DNA of 64,000 nucleotides from a virus: the IMG/VR virus record IMGVR_UViG_3300017917_005108, positions 32,001-96,000 of that record; one strand, 5' to 3'. Position numbers and translations under genes: made by a program. Positions within the stretch are counted from its first letter, which is position 1. Each line of letters starts with the position of its first letter. The notes below the pieces were generated by a model. The model made no database searches, had not been told where the DNA came from, and was given only the letters and a program-made list of their open reading frames with translations. Below, one piece after another: positions 22,296-32,887 of this stretch.

Positions 22296-22898
22296 ATGGA
22301 AAAGAAGTTTGTTAAGCTATATGAAACAACATTAAGCAGATACAATAGAGGAGGCTTTCTTACTAGCGATAGAGTTAAGTTTATTGATAATGTTTTACGT
22401 AACGATTTCTTTAAAAACCAACCAGACTCTGTAAGAGATGCTGTAAAAGGGTTAATTGATTCAGGTCTTAACTTAAGAGTTAAGAACGTAAAATCATATT
22501 TTCCTACAGCTATGGGTGCTGGTAATACTGATTATAATGGATATAGCTATACAGTAGAAATAGTGCCTGAAATAGCTCCTGGAAGATTTGATGTTAATAA
22601 GACTGTAGTAGTCCCTGCAAGCTTACTAACACATCAAAATGATGGTGTAAATCTACCTCCTGTACCTGATCAATTTAAATATAACAACAACGTTAAAATT
22701 AAGCCTGAAGAGCCTGAGATAGCTGACACAAAAAATTATTTAACACCTAAACAACAAACACATAATTCTGATGTAAATGGTAAAATGGTACCAGGTGATA
22801 GAGAGTTGGGCGATAAAAATGTAAAAATTCCTTCCTCACCTGCTGAAGGTCAAAAAGACCCTGCTGCTTATACAGCAATGTATTTACCTAAAAACTGA
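22296..22898 (+). CDS. late hypothetical protein (candidate head/internal protein)
   Basis: Start revised to ATG 22296, 5 nt after TAAATA (22285-22290). Confidence 0.6.
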   Translation: MEKKFVKLYETTLSRYNRGGFLTSDRVKFIDNVLRNDFFKNQPDSVRDAVKGLIDSGLNLRVKNVKSYFPTAMGAGNTDYNGYSYTVEIVPEIAPGRFDVNKTVVVPASLLTHQNDGVNLPPVPDQFKYNNNVKIKPEEPEIADTKNYLTPKQQTHNSDVNGKMVPGDRELGDKNVKIPSSPAEGQKDPAAYTAMYLPKN

Positions 22899-23834
22899 AA
22901 ACAACGCAGGTTCAGTTAAAAGTATAAAACAACTAAAACAGTTAATTTCTTGATCTACTACAAAACTAGATCTATAGAGATGCTCAGCAATAATTATTAA
23001 TGATTTCTTTTTCTGTTCTAGATTGCTTTCATTTTCTTCGATATACTTAAACAAGGTTCGTAATAACGAAACATAATCTGAATTAAACGATCCTTCATTT
23101 TCAATTAAAGCTTTTCTTAGTGCATTTATGTTTTTTGCTTTTATTTCTTTATAAATTAGTGTTACTAGTTCTTCATTTTTAAAATTATAGATTTTTAATT
23201 TACCTGTAGAAGAATATTTCTGTAATTCGTTAATACATGACCTTAGGTCTGGATAACAAGACTTAATAAAATCTAAGAGTATACTCTTTTGCTCACTATC
23301 AATTTCAACCTTTTCTTCCTTAAGAATAGATACACATCTTTTTATTGATCTATCTAACGGAGGCGTTAAATCTAAGAACTGACATCTGCTTTGCAAAGCA
23401 GGTATAATTCTATATTTGTAGTTCGCTGTTAGTATAAAGCGCGTAATAGAGGAAAACTCCTCCATGGTATTACGCAATGCTCTTTGTCCTTCTAGTGAAA
23501 TACCGTCTGCTTCATCTAAAATAACAACCTTTATATTACCATCTATGCTTTTTGTTTGAGAAAATTGAGTTACTTTTGTTCTTATAGTATCGATACCGTT
23601 TTCATCGCTTGCATTTATATAAAGATATTGACACTTTAAAATATCGTTTACAATAATTTTAGCTAGTGACGTTTTTCCAAGACCTTGTTTACCTGCTAAG
23701 AGCAAATTAGGTATTTGACCTTTAACAGAAAAGCTATTAACTATTTCTAAATTTGAATCTGATATTACAAAGTCATCTAGCTTTTTAGGTCTATACTTCT
23801 CTACCCACAAACTTGATATATCACTTAAATTCAT
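22884..23834 (-). CDS. gp44: clamp loader AAA+ subunit (gp44/RFC-small-like)
   Basis: LWVEKYRP, GKQGLGKT, ILDEAD, LQSRC. Confidence 0.93.
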   Translation of the reverse strand: MNLSDISSLWVEKYRPKKLDDFVISDSNLEIVNSFSVKGQIPNLLLAGKQGLGKTSLAKIIVNDILKCQYLYINASDENGIDTIRTKVTQFSQTKSIDGNIKVVILDEADGISLEGQRALRNTMEEFSSITRFILTANYKYRIIPALQSRCQFLDLTPPLDRSIKRCVSILKEEKVEIDSEQKSILLDFIKSCYPDLRSCINELQKYSSTGKLKIYNFKNEELVTLIYKEIKAKNINALRKALIENEGSFNSDYVSLLRTLFKYIEENESNLEQKKKSLIIIAEHLYRSSFVVDQEINCFSCFILLTEPALFSVFR

Positions 23835-24298
23835 TTACCAGAACTACCAAAACCCTTTTCACCTCTAGATGTTTCATTAATTTCACCCCATTCTATCTGC
23901 ATTCCTATATTAAAATATACAACGAATTGTGCAATACGATCACCAGCTTTAATAGAATAGTCGGTATCAGATAAATTATACAGCTTTACACCTGCATCTC
24001 CTCTATATCCATTGTCAATAATACCTGGATGTGCGAGTATGCTATGTTTAAACCCAAGGCCACTTCTACTTTCTACTTTTACCCAGTATCCTTCCGGTAT
24101 ATCTGCAAATTTTAACCCAACACTCACCACGGCGTTACCTTTTGCGGGTATTATCTTGTCTTCTACTGAATAAACATCGTAGCCTGTATCAGATTCGTGG
24201 TTCTTAGTGGGTAATTTTGCATCTTGATGTGTCTTAGCAAACTTTAACACTGGTATATACGCAAAATTAGGGTCTAATGCAGTGGTAGAAGAGATCAT
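23831..24298 (-). CDS. dut: trimeric dUTPase
   Basis: GYDV, SRSGLG, GIIDNGYRG, GDRIAQ, RGEKGFGSSG. Confidence 0.97.
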   Translation of the reverse strand: MISSTTALDPNFAYIPVLKFAKTHQDAKLPTKNHESDTGYDVYSVEDKIIPAKGNAVVSVGLKFADIPEGYWVKVESRSGLGFKHSILAHPGIIDNGYRGDAGVKLYNLSDTDYSIKAGDRIAQFVVYFNIGMQIEWGEINETSRGEKGFGSSGK

Positions 24299-24304
24299 AC
24301 CACT

Positions 24305-24332
24305 ATAATAAGATAAGTTTATAAAAAATCAA
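24305..24332 (-). promoter_or_regulatory. sigma70-like promoter TTGATT-N16-TATTAT, ATG 6 nt downstream
   Basis: Read directly; same geometry as nine other sites. Confidence 0.7.
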
Positions 24333-24349
24333 TTGTAATAAGTAATAAT

Positions 24350-24826
24350 ATGAGTGATGAGCTTAATGAAATGGTAGGAGATCTTCTAAATCAATTGGAA
24401 GATGCTAATAAAAAGGCTAAAGATATTGAAAAAGAACAAAATACATTAAAAAAAGAAGATCTAGAGAGGTTTGTTGTTGAAAAGGCAGGGTCACTAGTAC
24501 AAGAAAGCCTGGAAATGTTAAAAAATGTAAAAGATTATATTGTAAGTGCGCCTGAAAGTAAGGATGTAGCCTCTTTTAGTGAATTAGTTGCAGCAACTTC
24601 TACAGCTTTAGATACCCTTAACAAAATTTTAGTAAGTGATAAAAAGAATGAAACGATTGTTAATGTTAAGAAAATGGATATTGATGCTAGAAAAGAATTA
24701 AAACAGGAAGATACTACACAAAAAATGTTAGCTACAAGAGAAGAAGTGTTTAAAATGCTTTTAAATAATGTAAAGACCGCTGAAAAGGAAGTTATTGAAA
24801 TAGAATCTGAGAATACTAGCAAGTAA
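24350..24826 (+). CDS. possible terminase small subunit (gp16-like)
   Basis: Helical 158 aa; SELVAATSTALDTLNKI and C-terminal ATREEVFKMLL loosely match gp16 layout; late-promoter variant TAAGTA 5 nt upstream. Confidence 0.45.
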   Translation: MSDELNEMVGDLLNQLEDANKKAKDIEKEQNTLKKEDLERFVVEKAGSLVQESLEMLKNVKDYIVSAPESKDVASFSELVAATSTALDTLNKILVSDKKNETIVNVKKMDIDARKELKQEDTTQKMLATREEVFKMLLNNVKTAEKEVIEIESENTSK

Positions 24827-26498
24827 ACAGATTTTTATATAAATCTTCAAACGTTTTTGTTATATTATCCACAAAGTTATCTGCAGCATTTTCTAATACT
24901 TTGGATAAATCAAAACTATCGATACCGAATTTAGGAAATATGTTTAAAATCTTAAAAAAGGAATCAAAGAAATTAGCAGGAAAATCAAAATTAGGTGCAG
25001 TAAATGTTGGTAACTGAAAGTTACACAGTGTTGTTTTAAGTTGCTCAATTGAGTTAAATATAGCCATAGGATCTGAAGGTAGTCCTCCATTAAAGGACGC
25101 TGCTAATCCTGCTAGTTCTCCAAATGACCCCAATCCAAAGCCGGGTAAAAATTGGTTAGATGTTGCAAAACCTGTAAACTGGTTTAATAAACTAGGATCT
25201 AGAGATGGTAAAAAGTTAGGAACTGAGGGTAAGCTGAGCTCAGGTATTATAGTGTTTAAATTTAATGACTGTAAAGGTGTATTTTGAAATACATTTCCAG
25301 CAAATTGAGTAGGAAAATTTAAAAATTGATTAACATCACCTATTGCGGTATTAAAGAATTGATTTGGCAAATTCAAGTATTGGTTAGCTTGACCTATAGT
25401 ACTATTTAGTAATTGGTTAGGTTGATTTAAGTAATTTGTAAAATCTATATTAAAATCAAATTTAGGTAGCTCTAAGCTTGTAGGCGAAGGTATAGATGTC
25501 TTTGAAACACTTGGATTCAGATTTAATTGATTTGTTGACCTGTTGTATGCATACGTATTTCTTGTCTTTGGATTAGATAGAGTATTTTTAATTGTTTTGT
25601 CGCTTAAAACTAGCTGAAGTTTGTTGAGCAAGAAGTCAACATTTTGAGTTACATTTTCAACATTAATATCAAAATAAAAATTGTCTACTTTCTGTGCATT
25701 AGATTTATCTAAATCTCTCAGGTTACATGCAATATCGTTTTTTATGTTACTATAATATTCAATAAATGTAAAAAGCTTATTATAATAATCCATTAAAGAA
25801 ACAAATAATCTTGCTAAAATATTTGTATAATCAATAAAAAACTTATAATCACTAACTAAATTCAACCCATGTGATACAGTTGAATCAACATATGGAGGAG
25901 TATTTGGTGAAACATAGTATATATTTCTTAAATTAGTTCTAATCCTAGATGTAGTTTTACTGCTTAACTCATTACTAATATTTGCAGTTATCTCAGATAT
26001 TTTATTTCTAAGCTGTACTGGTATATAGTTAGGAGCACCATATATATTGCAATATATATCGTATGTAGGTGTTGTTGAATCATCTAATTTATTTTCTGTA
26101 TTAACTAGTAAACCTATAGAATCAGAAACAGATGTGTAAAAATTTTTCTTTTTTCCTATCTTTTCTAGCACTTTTTGCTTTATAGGCTCTATAGAACTAT
26201 AAAATCTTTTAGACCAAAATTCTATAAATTCATTGTCTATTTGTTCAAATTTATTATCGTTTAAATCTAAATAAAATTCAGTTAGCTTAGTTACTGGGTC
26301 ACAATCTTGTATATTATTATAGTAAGCTAAGCTTATATTAATTTGATCTTCTATATTTTTAATATTTTCTACATATGTGGAGAATTCTTTAATTATATCT
26401 AAATTAGATGCATAATTTATATCTGCTAGCTGTGGTTGTACAGTCTTCAGGGTTGTTTTTTTGTTACTAGTTTTTTTAGCTGTAAATTCAGGTATCAT
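24816..26498 (-). CDS. hypothetical tail-cluster protein with F/N/Q-rich repeats
   Basis: Coupled (ATGA) to hub gene. Confidence 0.5.
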   Translation of the reverse strand: MIPEFTAKKTSNKKTTLKTVQPQLADINYASNLDIIKEFSTYVENIKNIEDQINISLAYYNNIQDCDPVTKLTEFYLDLNDNKFEQIDNEFIEFWSKRFYSSIEPIKQKVLEKIGKKKNFYTSVSDSIGLLVNTENKLDDSTTPTYDIYCNIYGAPNYIPVQLRNKISEITANISNELSSKTTSRIRTNLRNIYYVSPNTPPYVDSTVSHGLNLVSDYKFFIDYTNILARLFVSLMDYYNKLFTFIEYYSNIKNDIACNLRDLDKSNAQKVDNFYFDINVENVTQNVDFLLNKLQLVLSDKTIKNTLSNPKTRNTYAYNRSTNQLNLNPSVSKTSIPSPTSLELPKFDFNIDFTNYLNQPNQLLNSTIGQANQYLNLPNQFFNTAIGDVNQFLNFPTQFAGNVFQNTPLQSLNLNTIIPELSLPSVPNFLPSLDPSLLNQFTGFATSNQFLPGFGLGSFGELAGLAASFNGGLPSDPMAIFNSIEQLKTTLCNFQLPTFTAPNFDFPANFFDSFFKILNIFPKFGIDSFDLSKVLENAADNFVDNITKTFEDLYKNLFTC

Positions 26499-28054
26499 AG
26501 TGTATTTGATGTTAAGAATATATTATTGTTTGCATAAGTTTTAACACATACCAAATCATTAAAATAAGTAGCATTTTCAAAAACATGTTTCACATTTACA
26601 ATAAAATATACACCTAAAAGCTTTGAATCAAAATCTGACTGAGGTAAGTTAGTATCTCTACTAATTGAAATAAATCTTCCTGCTTGTCTGTGTGTTGATC
26701 CATAAACTCTAAAAATTACAACGTTACTATTCATTACATAGTCATATATTACATTTGATCTTCCAATTGAAAGTCGCTGTTCAGGAGTGCTCTCAAGAGG
26801 ATAAAAAATGTGTTTTATATTTTTATTTTTATCTCTAAATTCTCCTGGTATAATATTAGCATAGTTTGAATTAAAAGGTGTACAAAAATAAGCTATTATT
26901 CTTTTAAAAGTTTCTTTAGAAGAATTTTGTTCATAATCAATCTCAAACATTTTATCTGTATAGCTATAATAATGTACAGCTGTGGGTATTATTTCATCTT
27001 GACTGTGATCTCCTGGCATATTATCAAAAGAATATGAAATAATGTTACCTAGTGTTCTAAAGTAAGGAGCAAACTTTGGTGAATAATTATTTAAAACAGC
27101 ATAATTAGATTGTGTTTGTCCATCTGCGTAACCAGCTAAACGATAGTCTTCTAAATAATATCTGCCTGGTGCCATACCATCTCCAGTTTTTCTAACTGCA
27201 TTTACAAAATAATCACTTAAACTTATTAAAGAAAATTCTTTTGGATATCTCTCTAGTCTTAATATACTAGGCTCATAAGCTGCTCCATCAGAAACTTGTA
27301 AAGAGACGAGGTAATTTAAACTGTCTATAGCTTTATATTTAGCGGGGGCAGAAAAAAATATACTTGTAGCACCCTCATTAAAGTCATCACTAAATGTAAT
27401 ATTAAGATTTTCTTCCTGGTTAAGTGATTGTCTTAAGAGTTCTTTTATTGCTATACCGGTTTTAAGAGAACGCTGCGAATTAGATAAATCATATACTTGA
27501 CCCTGTGTTTGCGGTTCAGAATTATCTGAGTTTATATTAGCAGTAGAAAAATAAGAATCTTTTTCTTTTAAAATTTCATAGTGAATATCCCAAAAATGTA
27601 GTGTTTTGGTTTTATCTGATATATTTTTACCTGCAGAGTCTTCTTCATGATATATAATAAATTCAAAATCTAGTAAAAAATATTTTAAAGACTCTTCATC
27701 TATTGTATCAGCTCCTTCAGTTAGTTTTGGCATTATCTGTATTTTTAATACATCTCTACTATCTCCTTTTAAAATAAATCCTCTATTTTGTTGATTACTC
27801 TCTTCTAATTTTGTTTGTTCTAAATTATCAAAAGAGTTATCAAGCACAACAAATCCTTTGTGAAACGGTGTAGTTAGATCATCTTCTATTACTAATTTTT
27901 TTATGGATTGTGGATTTAAAACTTTTAATCTACCATCAAATGTAGCGATAGAAACACTAAAAATATAATAGTTGTCATTAATTACATAATTAAAGCCTTC
28001 GCTTAAATTGTAGGTTTTTAAAAATGAATTGTTTGAAGGCTGTGTTGAGTTCAT
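26495..28054 (-). CDS. baseplate hub protein (gp27/late-control-D-like)
   Basis: C-terminal GRFISI...GVYFIVNVKHVF...CVK motif; follows gp53. Confidence 0.65.
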   Translation of the reverse strand: MNSTQPSNNSFLKTYNLSEGFNYVINDNYYIFSVSIATFDGRLKVLNPQSIKKLVIEDDLTTPFHKGFVVLDNSFDNLEQTKLEESNQQNRGFILKGDSRDVLKIQIMPKLTEGADTIDEESLKYFLLDFEFIIYHEEDSAGKNISDKTKTLHFWDIHYEILKEKDSYFSTANINSDNSEPQTQGQVYDLSNSQRSLKTGIAIKELLRQSLNQEENLNITFSDDFNEGATSIFFSAPAKYKAIDSLNYLVSLQVSDGAAYEPSILRLERYPKEFSLISLSDYFVNAVRKTGDGMAPGRYYLEDYRLAGYADGQTQSNYAVLNNYSPKFAPYFRTLGNIISYSFDNMPGDHSQDEIIPTAVHYYSYTDKMFEIDYEQNSSKETFKRIIAYFCTPFNSNYANIIPGEFRDKNKNIKHIFYPLESTPEQRLSIGRSNVIYDYVMNSNVVIFRVYGSTHRQAGRFISISRDTNLPQSDFDSKLLGVYFIVNVKHVFENATYFNDLVCVKTYANNNIFLTSNTL

Positions 28055-28416
28055 GTAAGAGAGGTGCTTATTTCAGAAAGCACATTTTTTAAGTATGAGG
28101 GATTTAGTACTTTTAAAACTGTTCCTATATCTGGAGCTCTTATAGGGTTTTCTATTTTATTTAACAGACATATAAGCCACCAAAGTTCTGTAGTACCGTA
28201 CGTATTATAGCTTATAGTTGTCCAAGGCATTTTTTGTCTTACTGTTACATAGCCTAATTGAGTTGAATCAAGTTCTTCTGGAAAATTAATAGCTTTTTGA
28301 ATATTATAATAAAATTGACCTGTTTTTAACTGATACATTTTAAAGATATTTTCATATCTTATATTGCTTAATTTAGACAATTGAGAAACCTCGTTTTGGT
28401 ACTTACCTAAATCCAT
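28051..28416 (-). CDS. gp53: baseplate wedge gp53-like (LysM-like)
   Basis: TTISYNTYGTTELWWLICLLNKIENP. Confidence 0.8.
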   Translation of the reverse strand: MDLGKYQNEVSQLSKLSNIRYENIFKMYQLKTGQFYYNIQKAINFPEELDSTQLGYVTVRQKMPWTTISYNTYGTTELWWLICLLNKIENPIRAPDIGTVLKVLNPSYLKNVLSEISTSLT

Positions 28417-28441
28417 AGAAGTATTTATAAGTAAATTATTA

Positions 28442-29884
28442 TTATACAGTAATGCCTGTATAATTAGGTAACCTAGTTGGAGAATTATTTAGTACTTCAG
28501 AGCTAGTAGTATTTTGTGGGTTTAGCGTAGTGCTTGTTATTAAATCAGTGCTTCCGGAAGCAAAACTATCTGCTAAAGATGTTTCTCCTGAGCCACCGCT
28601 AGAAGCGCTTTCTCTTACTGTAATTTTATTTGTTTGTGACTTTAATTTATATGTGTATGCTAAGAAATTTTTAGTTTCGGATAGTAAGGATCTTAAAGTT
28701 ATTTTAACTTGATATGCATCAGGAATAATAGCTTCAATAGTACTAGATGTATAGTTTACTTGCGATCCTACATTTTGATTGTTTGGCATATAAGGTGTAG
28801 GTGAATCAGATGTTGGTGTTACAAAGAGTGAGTTAGGACCCTGTGGAAGATTAAATTTTAATTTTCTTCTAGCTCCTTTAAAAGTAACTACCATTTCAGA
28901 GATATAGCAAAATGGTATAAATTTTTGGCCTGGTATTTCAGCTTCATAAATTACAGGGGGTTCAATAACCGTTCTATTAATTCTTGATGGCTTGTTTTGA
29001 TATAAAAGTAAAAATAAAAATTGCCAGTTTTTAATAACATCTTCAAAAGTAGCACTTCCAGTATTGATAAGAGGAAAATTAATTACAAATTCTTCACCAT
29101 TTTGATCAAAATTATAAAATTTTGCTCTCTCTTGAAAAGAAAATCCAAATGATGATTGTAGTGACCCTATAACATCTGCTGCAGTTACTAATTTAGCTCT
29201 AGTTGGTGAAAATATATTTAAAGGAGCATCGTCACCAAATGTTACATTACTTGCGTTGTAGTAATCTTCAAAGTAAGGAAGTCTGTAATTAAACCCTGTT
29301 GGTTCAGTTAAGTATAAATCTTTATAAGCCCTTAGAAGATCGTCATTAAGTCTAGGATTATCATCTGTGGTATAGTTTTTTATATCTTCTGCAATTCTTG
29401 AATTAGATACAGACTGCCCTAGATTACCTATTTGCTGACCAACACTTTGTGCTATATTTGTAGATGCTATTCTTGTTAAGAAAGATGTAAAACTGCTAGA
29501 GACATTGCCTAGAGGTGTATTTACATTTAAATAATTTACAATATTAGATATACCTTCAACTGATGCTCCAAAAGATGATTTAATTTGAGCTATAACTGAA
29601 TTTGTTTTTAAGCGTTTCTCACTTAAAAAAATAGAAGGCACCTCTAATCTTGCAGGTTCACCTTTTTTAGAGTATGTCCAATAGAAATCTTTAACAACAT
29701 CAATAATAGTATATTTTCTATTTGGTCTTAGAACTGGTGGAATACTTTCAAGTCTAACATTTGAAGTAGAAGAGTTGTTCTGCGCAACATAATTTGTATT
29801 AAAATTGCCACCTAGCCCACCTGCGGTGTTTCCGTTAGAATTGTAAGCAAGTTCAGGGCCTGAAACTACATAATCTGTTGGCAT
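28442..29884 (-). CDS. putative baseplate/tail-tube cap protein (gp48-like)
   Basis: Between tape measure and gp53; PPVIYE...CYISEMVVTFKG tube-fold-like segment. Confidence 0.45.
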   Translation of the reverse strand: MPTDYVVSGPELAYNSNGNTAGGLGGNFNTNYVAQNNSSTSNVRLESIPPVLRPNRKYTIIDVVKDFYWTYSKKGEPARLEVPSIFLSEKRLKTNSVIAQIKSSFGASVEGISNIVNYLNVNTPLGNVSSSFTSFLTRIASTNIAQSVGQQIGNLGQSVSNSRIAEDIKNYTTDDNPRLNDDLLRAYKDLYLTEPTGFNYRLPYFEDYYNASNVTFGDDAPLNIFSPTRAKLVTAADVIGSLQSSFGFSFQERAKFYNFDQNGEEFVINFPLINTGSATFEDVIKNWQFLFLLLYQNKPSRINRTVIEPPVIYEAEIPGQKFIPFCYISEMVVTFKGARRKLKFNLPQGPNSLFVTPTSDSPTPYMPNNQNVGSQVNYTSSTIEAIIPDAYQVKITLRSLLSETKNFLAYTYKLKSQTNKITVRESASSGGSGETSLADSFASGSTDLITSTTLNPQNTTSSEVLNNSPTRLPNYTGITV

Positions 29885-29894
29885 ACATTAATAT

Positions 29895-32066
29895 TTAAGC
29901 ATAAACTGTAGGTCCCTGTAGACCTACACGGTTTCTAAAAGATGTTGAAGTATAAGAATCTACATTTATTAAATTGTTATTAACAGCTGTATTAACCATA
30001 CTAACATTATTTCCTTCCTCAGTTAGTATTTGGTTTAATTCTGCTATTTTTTCTAAAAGAGTTGTTTGCTTTTTGACTTCAACAGTTGTTTCAAAAGTTC
30101 CTTTCTTTTGCTGTTCAACTAACTGTTTAAGAGCTTTTTCTACATTTTTATAACTTTCAGCTATTTGATCCTTCAGTGGATCAAAGACTCCTGCAGATTT
30201 AAATGCTAATATATTATCTTCTGAAGAAAACATTATTGGTGGTTGATTAGGTCTAGAGAGAAAGTCTTGTGCGACTCTTGTTTTATTACCAAATAGCTGT
30301 CCAAAGGGGCCCTGCTCTTTCCCAGGTTGCGTAGGCGCTGGCACGGAAGCTATATTACCTAATTTATCAAATTTCAATTTGTTTAAGTTTTCTACTGCAT
30401 TTTTAACTGAATCTGTACCGCCTGATCCTAAAGCTTTAAATATATGTTCTATAGCTTTAGCATTTCTGTCTAATTTATCCCCATCTATTTTTTCAAAATC
30501 TTTAATTATATCTAATGCAGATTTTTGACCGGTTAATTTACCCCAAAAATTAGTAAAAGTATTTGCAAGTGTTTGTGTTACACCAGTAAATGATTGTAAG
30601 GTTAGAGCACCAACTAAAGCAGAAATACCACCTGCAACTAATAGTAAATTACTGCCATTCATTTCAGAATATGACTTAAATAAATCTCTCAGCCCCTCAA
30701 AACCAGGCATTCCTTCTTCTAATGCTTTACCAATTAAATAAATAGAACCTGCTACCGCAGCACCACCTAAGAAAAATACTCCAAGCCCGGCTAAAACTAA
30801 CGGATCTGCTAAAACTGCACCAAATTTTCCCAATGCTACTAAACCGACTCCTAAAGCTCCTAATGCTGTACCAGCCTTTCCTATAGTTTCCCAGTTTATT
30901 GTATCCCACCCTTCTAAAGCAGCTTTAATTCCTTTCAAATAAAATATAATGCCTGCTCCTACACCTCCAGCCACTAAAAACGGTTTAATATCATTAAAAG
31001 TTGGGCCCATTTTGGAAGTAAAAAACAACACTCCAAATAAACCACCTATTGCTGCAGTGGCTTTACCTATTGTTTCCCATGAAATTTCCTCTAATGTTTT
31101 AAACGAATTAAAATAATACCCTAACGAATATACCAAAGCTGCAGTTGCAGCAGCATTTAAAACTCTTAGAGGTTTTGTAATAGCAGCAATTGCTGCGATT
31201 AAACCTACCGGTAAAGATAGTGAAAATAAAAATAATAAATTTTGATAAAAACTATTTTCAGATAGTTTTTTACCTAAATCATTCATATCATTTAAAAATC
31301 CAACAATCTCCTGTCTAATAACTGGAATATTTTTAAGCAATAAGTCAAATAAAACAGGTAATTGATTTAAAAGGCTATCTATTGTATCTAGTGTTCTATC
31401 AAAAAAGTATATTGCAGTGTCTGTAAAATCATCCCAAAATGGAAACAAATTCTTTCTCAAAGAGTCTAAGATATCTGGTAAATTTTGTTTTCCTGATTTT
31501 AAAACCATATCAATACTTTTTGCTATTTTTTCTATATTTTTTACAATATAAAATGCTAAGGCTATGCCGCCTGCTGTTAGCAATAAAGGTATTAGCTTAT
31601 TAAATGATCCTAGAAATCCAAATGCACCACCAATTAAATCACCTAGAAATCCTAATACGCCTCCTTTTTTTGCTGTTTTTTCTTTAGTTACTTTACCTAT
31701 TGCTTCAGCAATATCAGGTATAACTTTTTTAATAGTACTCTCTATACCTCTAAAAGTTTTTTTATCAAAAGTTACGGTTAATGCTTTTGATTTTTCAATT
31801 CCTTCTTCTTCTTTATTTGGCTCTAAATTTTCAAATAAATCTTTAAATTCTGTTTTATAAATTTTTGCTATTTTTTGTATTCTTCTTTTTTCGTTGCCCT
31901 GTACCCTTACATCATTCCTGTCCTCTAATAAAGCTTCTTTAACAGAAGATGTTATCCCTGTTTTTTGTTCTTTAGTTAAAGAGGTGTCTTTATTTAAAAA
32001 TGATTCTAAGCCTCTTGATAATTTATCAAGTTTTTCTAAAAGCTTCTCAAATAAAGCCTCATCCAT
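29895..32066 (-). CDS. putative tape measure protein
   Basis: Helical, hydrophobic Ala/Gly-rich centre with repeated WETIGKA; position in tail cluster. Confidence 0.7.
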   Translation of the reverse strand: MDEALFEKLLEKLDKLSRGLESFLNKDTSLTKEQKTGITSSVKEALLEDRNDVRVQGNEKRRIQKIAKIYKTEFKDLFENLEPNKEEEGIEKSKALTVTFDKKTFRGIESTIKKVIPDIAEAIGKVTKEKTAKKGGVLGFLGDLIGGAFGFLGSFNKLIPLLLTAGGIALAFYIVKNIEKIAKSIDMVLKSGKQNLPDILDSLRKNLFPFWDDFTDTAIYFFDRTLDTIDSLLNQLPVLFDLLLKNIPVIRQEIVGFLNDMNDLGKKLSENSFYQNLLFLFSLSLPVGLIAAIAAITKPLRVLNAAATAALVYSLGYYFNSFKTLEEISWETIGKATAAIGGLFGVLFFTSKMGPTFNDIKPFLVAGGVGAGIIFYLKGIKAALEGWDTINWETIGKAGTALGALGVGLVALGKFGAVLADPLVLAGLGVFFLGGAAVAGSIYLIGKALEEGMPGFEGLRDLFKSYSEMNGSNLLLVAGGISALVGALTLQSFTGVTQTLANTFTNFWGKLTGQKSALDIIKDFEKIDGDKLDRNAKAIEHIFKALGSGGTDSVKNAVENLNKLKFDKLGNIASVPAPTQPGKEQGPFGQLFGNKTRVAQDFLSRPNQPPIMFSSEDNILAFKSAGVFDPLKDQIAESYKNVEKALKQLVEQQKKGTFETTVEVKKQTTLLEKIAELNQILTEEGNNVSMVNTAVNNNLINVDSYTSTSFRNRVGLQGPTVYA

Positions 32067-32095
32067 ATTAATACTTATAAAGAAGTATTAAGTTA

Positions 32096-32869
32096 TTACT
32101 CTTTAAAAAATAACCCTGAATCAATAACTAAATTAAAAGTATCTTCTCCATTAACAACTTCTAGAAGACGTTTTTCCTCATTGCGCACTATAGTAACAAC
32201 ATCTACTAGCTTATTGTTAATTGACATGGGAAGTGTTTCAAAAGCTTTTGCTTTTTGTTCAAGCGTTAAATCATTAAAATCTATTTTATTTTCTTCTGTA
32301 TCAACTTTAAAGCTAATACTTTTAATAAACTTTAAAAGCTCTACAACAAAAAGTTCACCTATAATTTCTCTTATTTTTTCTTCGTCTTTATACTTTTCAA
32401 ACAGCTTTTTAACTTCAGTATTTATTTTTATATCGTCTTCTATAGTTGGTAGTTTAGTTGATACAGTAATATTGCCTTCAGTCAAATCAGTCTGACATGC
32501 ATTTAAATCTATAGATGGCTTATAATTGTTTATTATATCTGTAATTGTTGTTTGAAATTTTTTATCTCCTTTTAAAAGTGTTATACTATCTCCAACACAG
32601 CTTTTTCTTAGGTTTAATAGTATAAGAGACCTATCTATAACAAGAAAATTATGCTGTGCTGTAGAGTTATTTTTTATAATATTATTAGTAACTATAGAAA
32701 AACTTATTGGAGACAGAATACCATCCATTGCTGTTTTAATTAATTCTTTCTGCTGCTTAATATTGATAGGAACAAAATTTACCTTATTATTTGTAGATAG
32801 AACAAAGCTTTCAACTAAATTTCCAGTAGATGCTTTTTTAAGTTTTTCAAAAATGTTGGTTTCTACCAT
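32096..32869 (-). CDS. baseplate hub assembly protein gp26-like
   Basis: VNFVPINIKQQKEL, IDRSLILLNLRKSCVGD. Confidence 0.6.
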   Translation of the reverse strand: MVETNIFEKLKKASTGNLVESFVLSTNNKVNFVPINIKQQKELIKTAMDGILSPISFSIVTNNIIKNNSTAQHNFLVIDRSLILLNLRKSCVGDSITLLKGDKKFQTTITDIINNYKPSIDLNACQTDLTEGNITVSTKLPTIEDDIKINTEVKKLFEKYKDEEKIREIIGELFVVELLKFIKSISFKVDTEENKIDFNDLTLEQKAKAFETLPMSINNKLVDVVTIVRNEEKRLLEVVNGEDTFNLVIDSGLFFKE

Positions 32870-32887
32870 AGAAGTATTTAAACAGGG

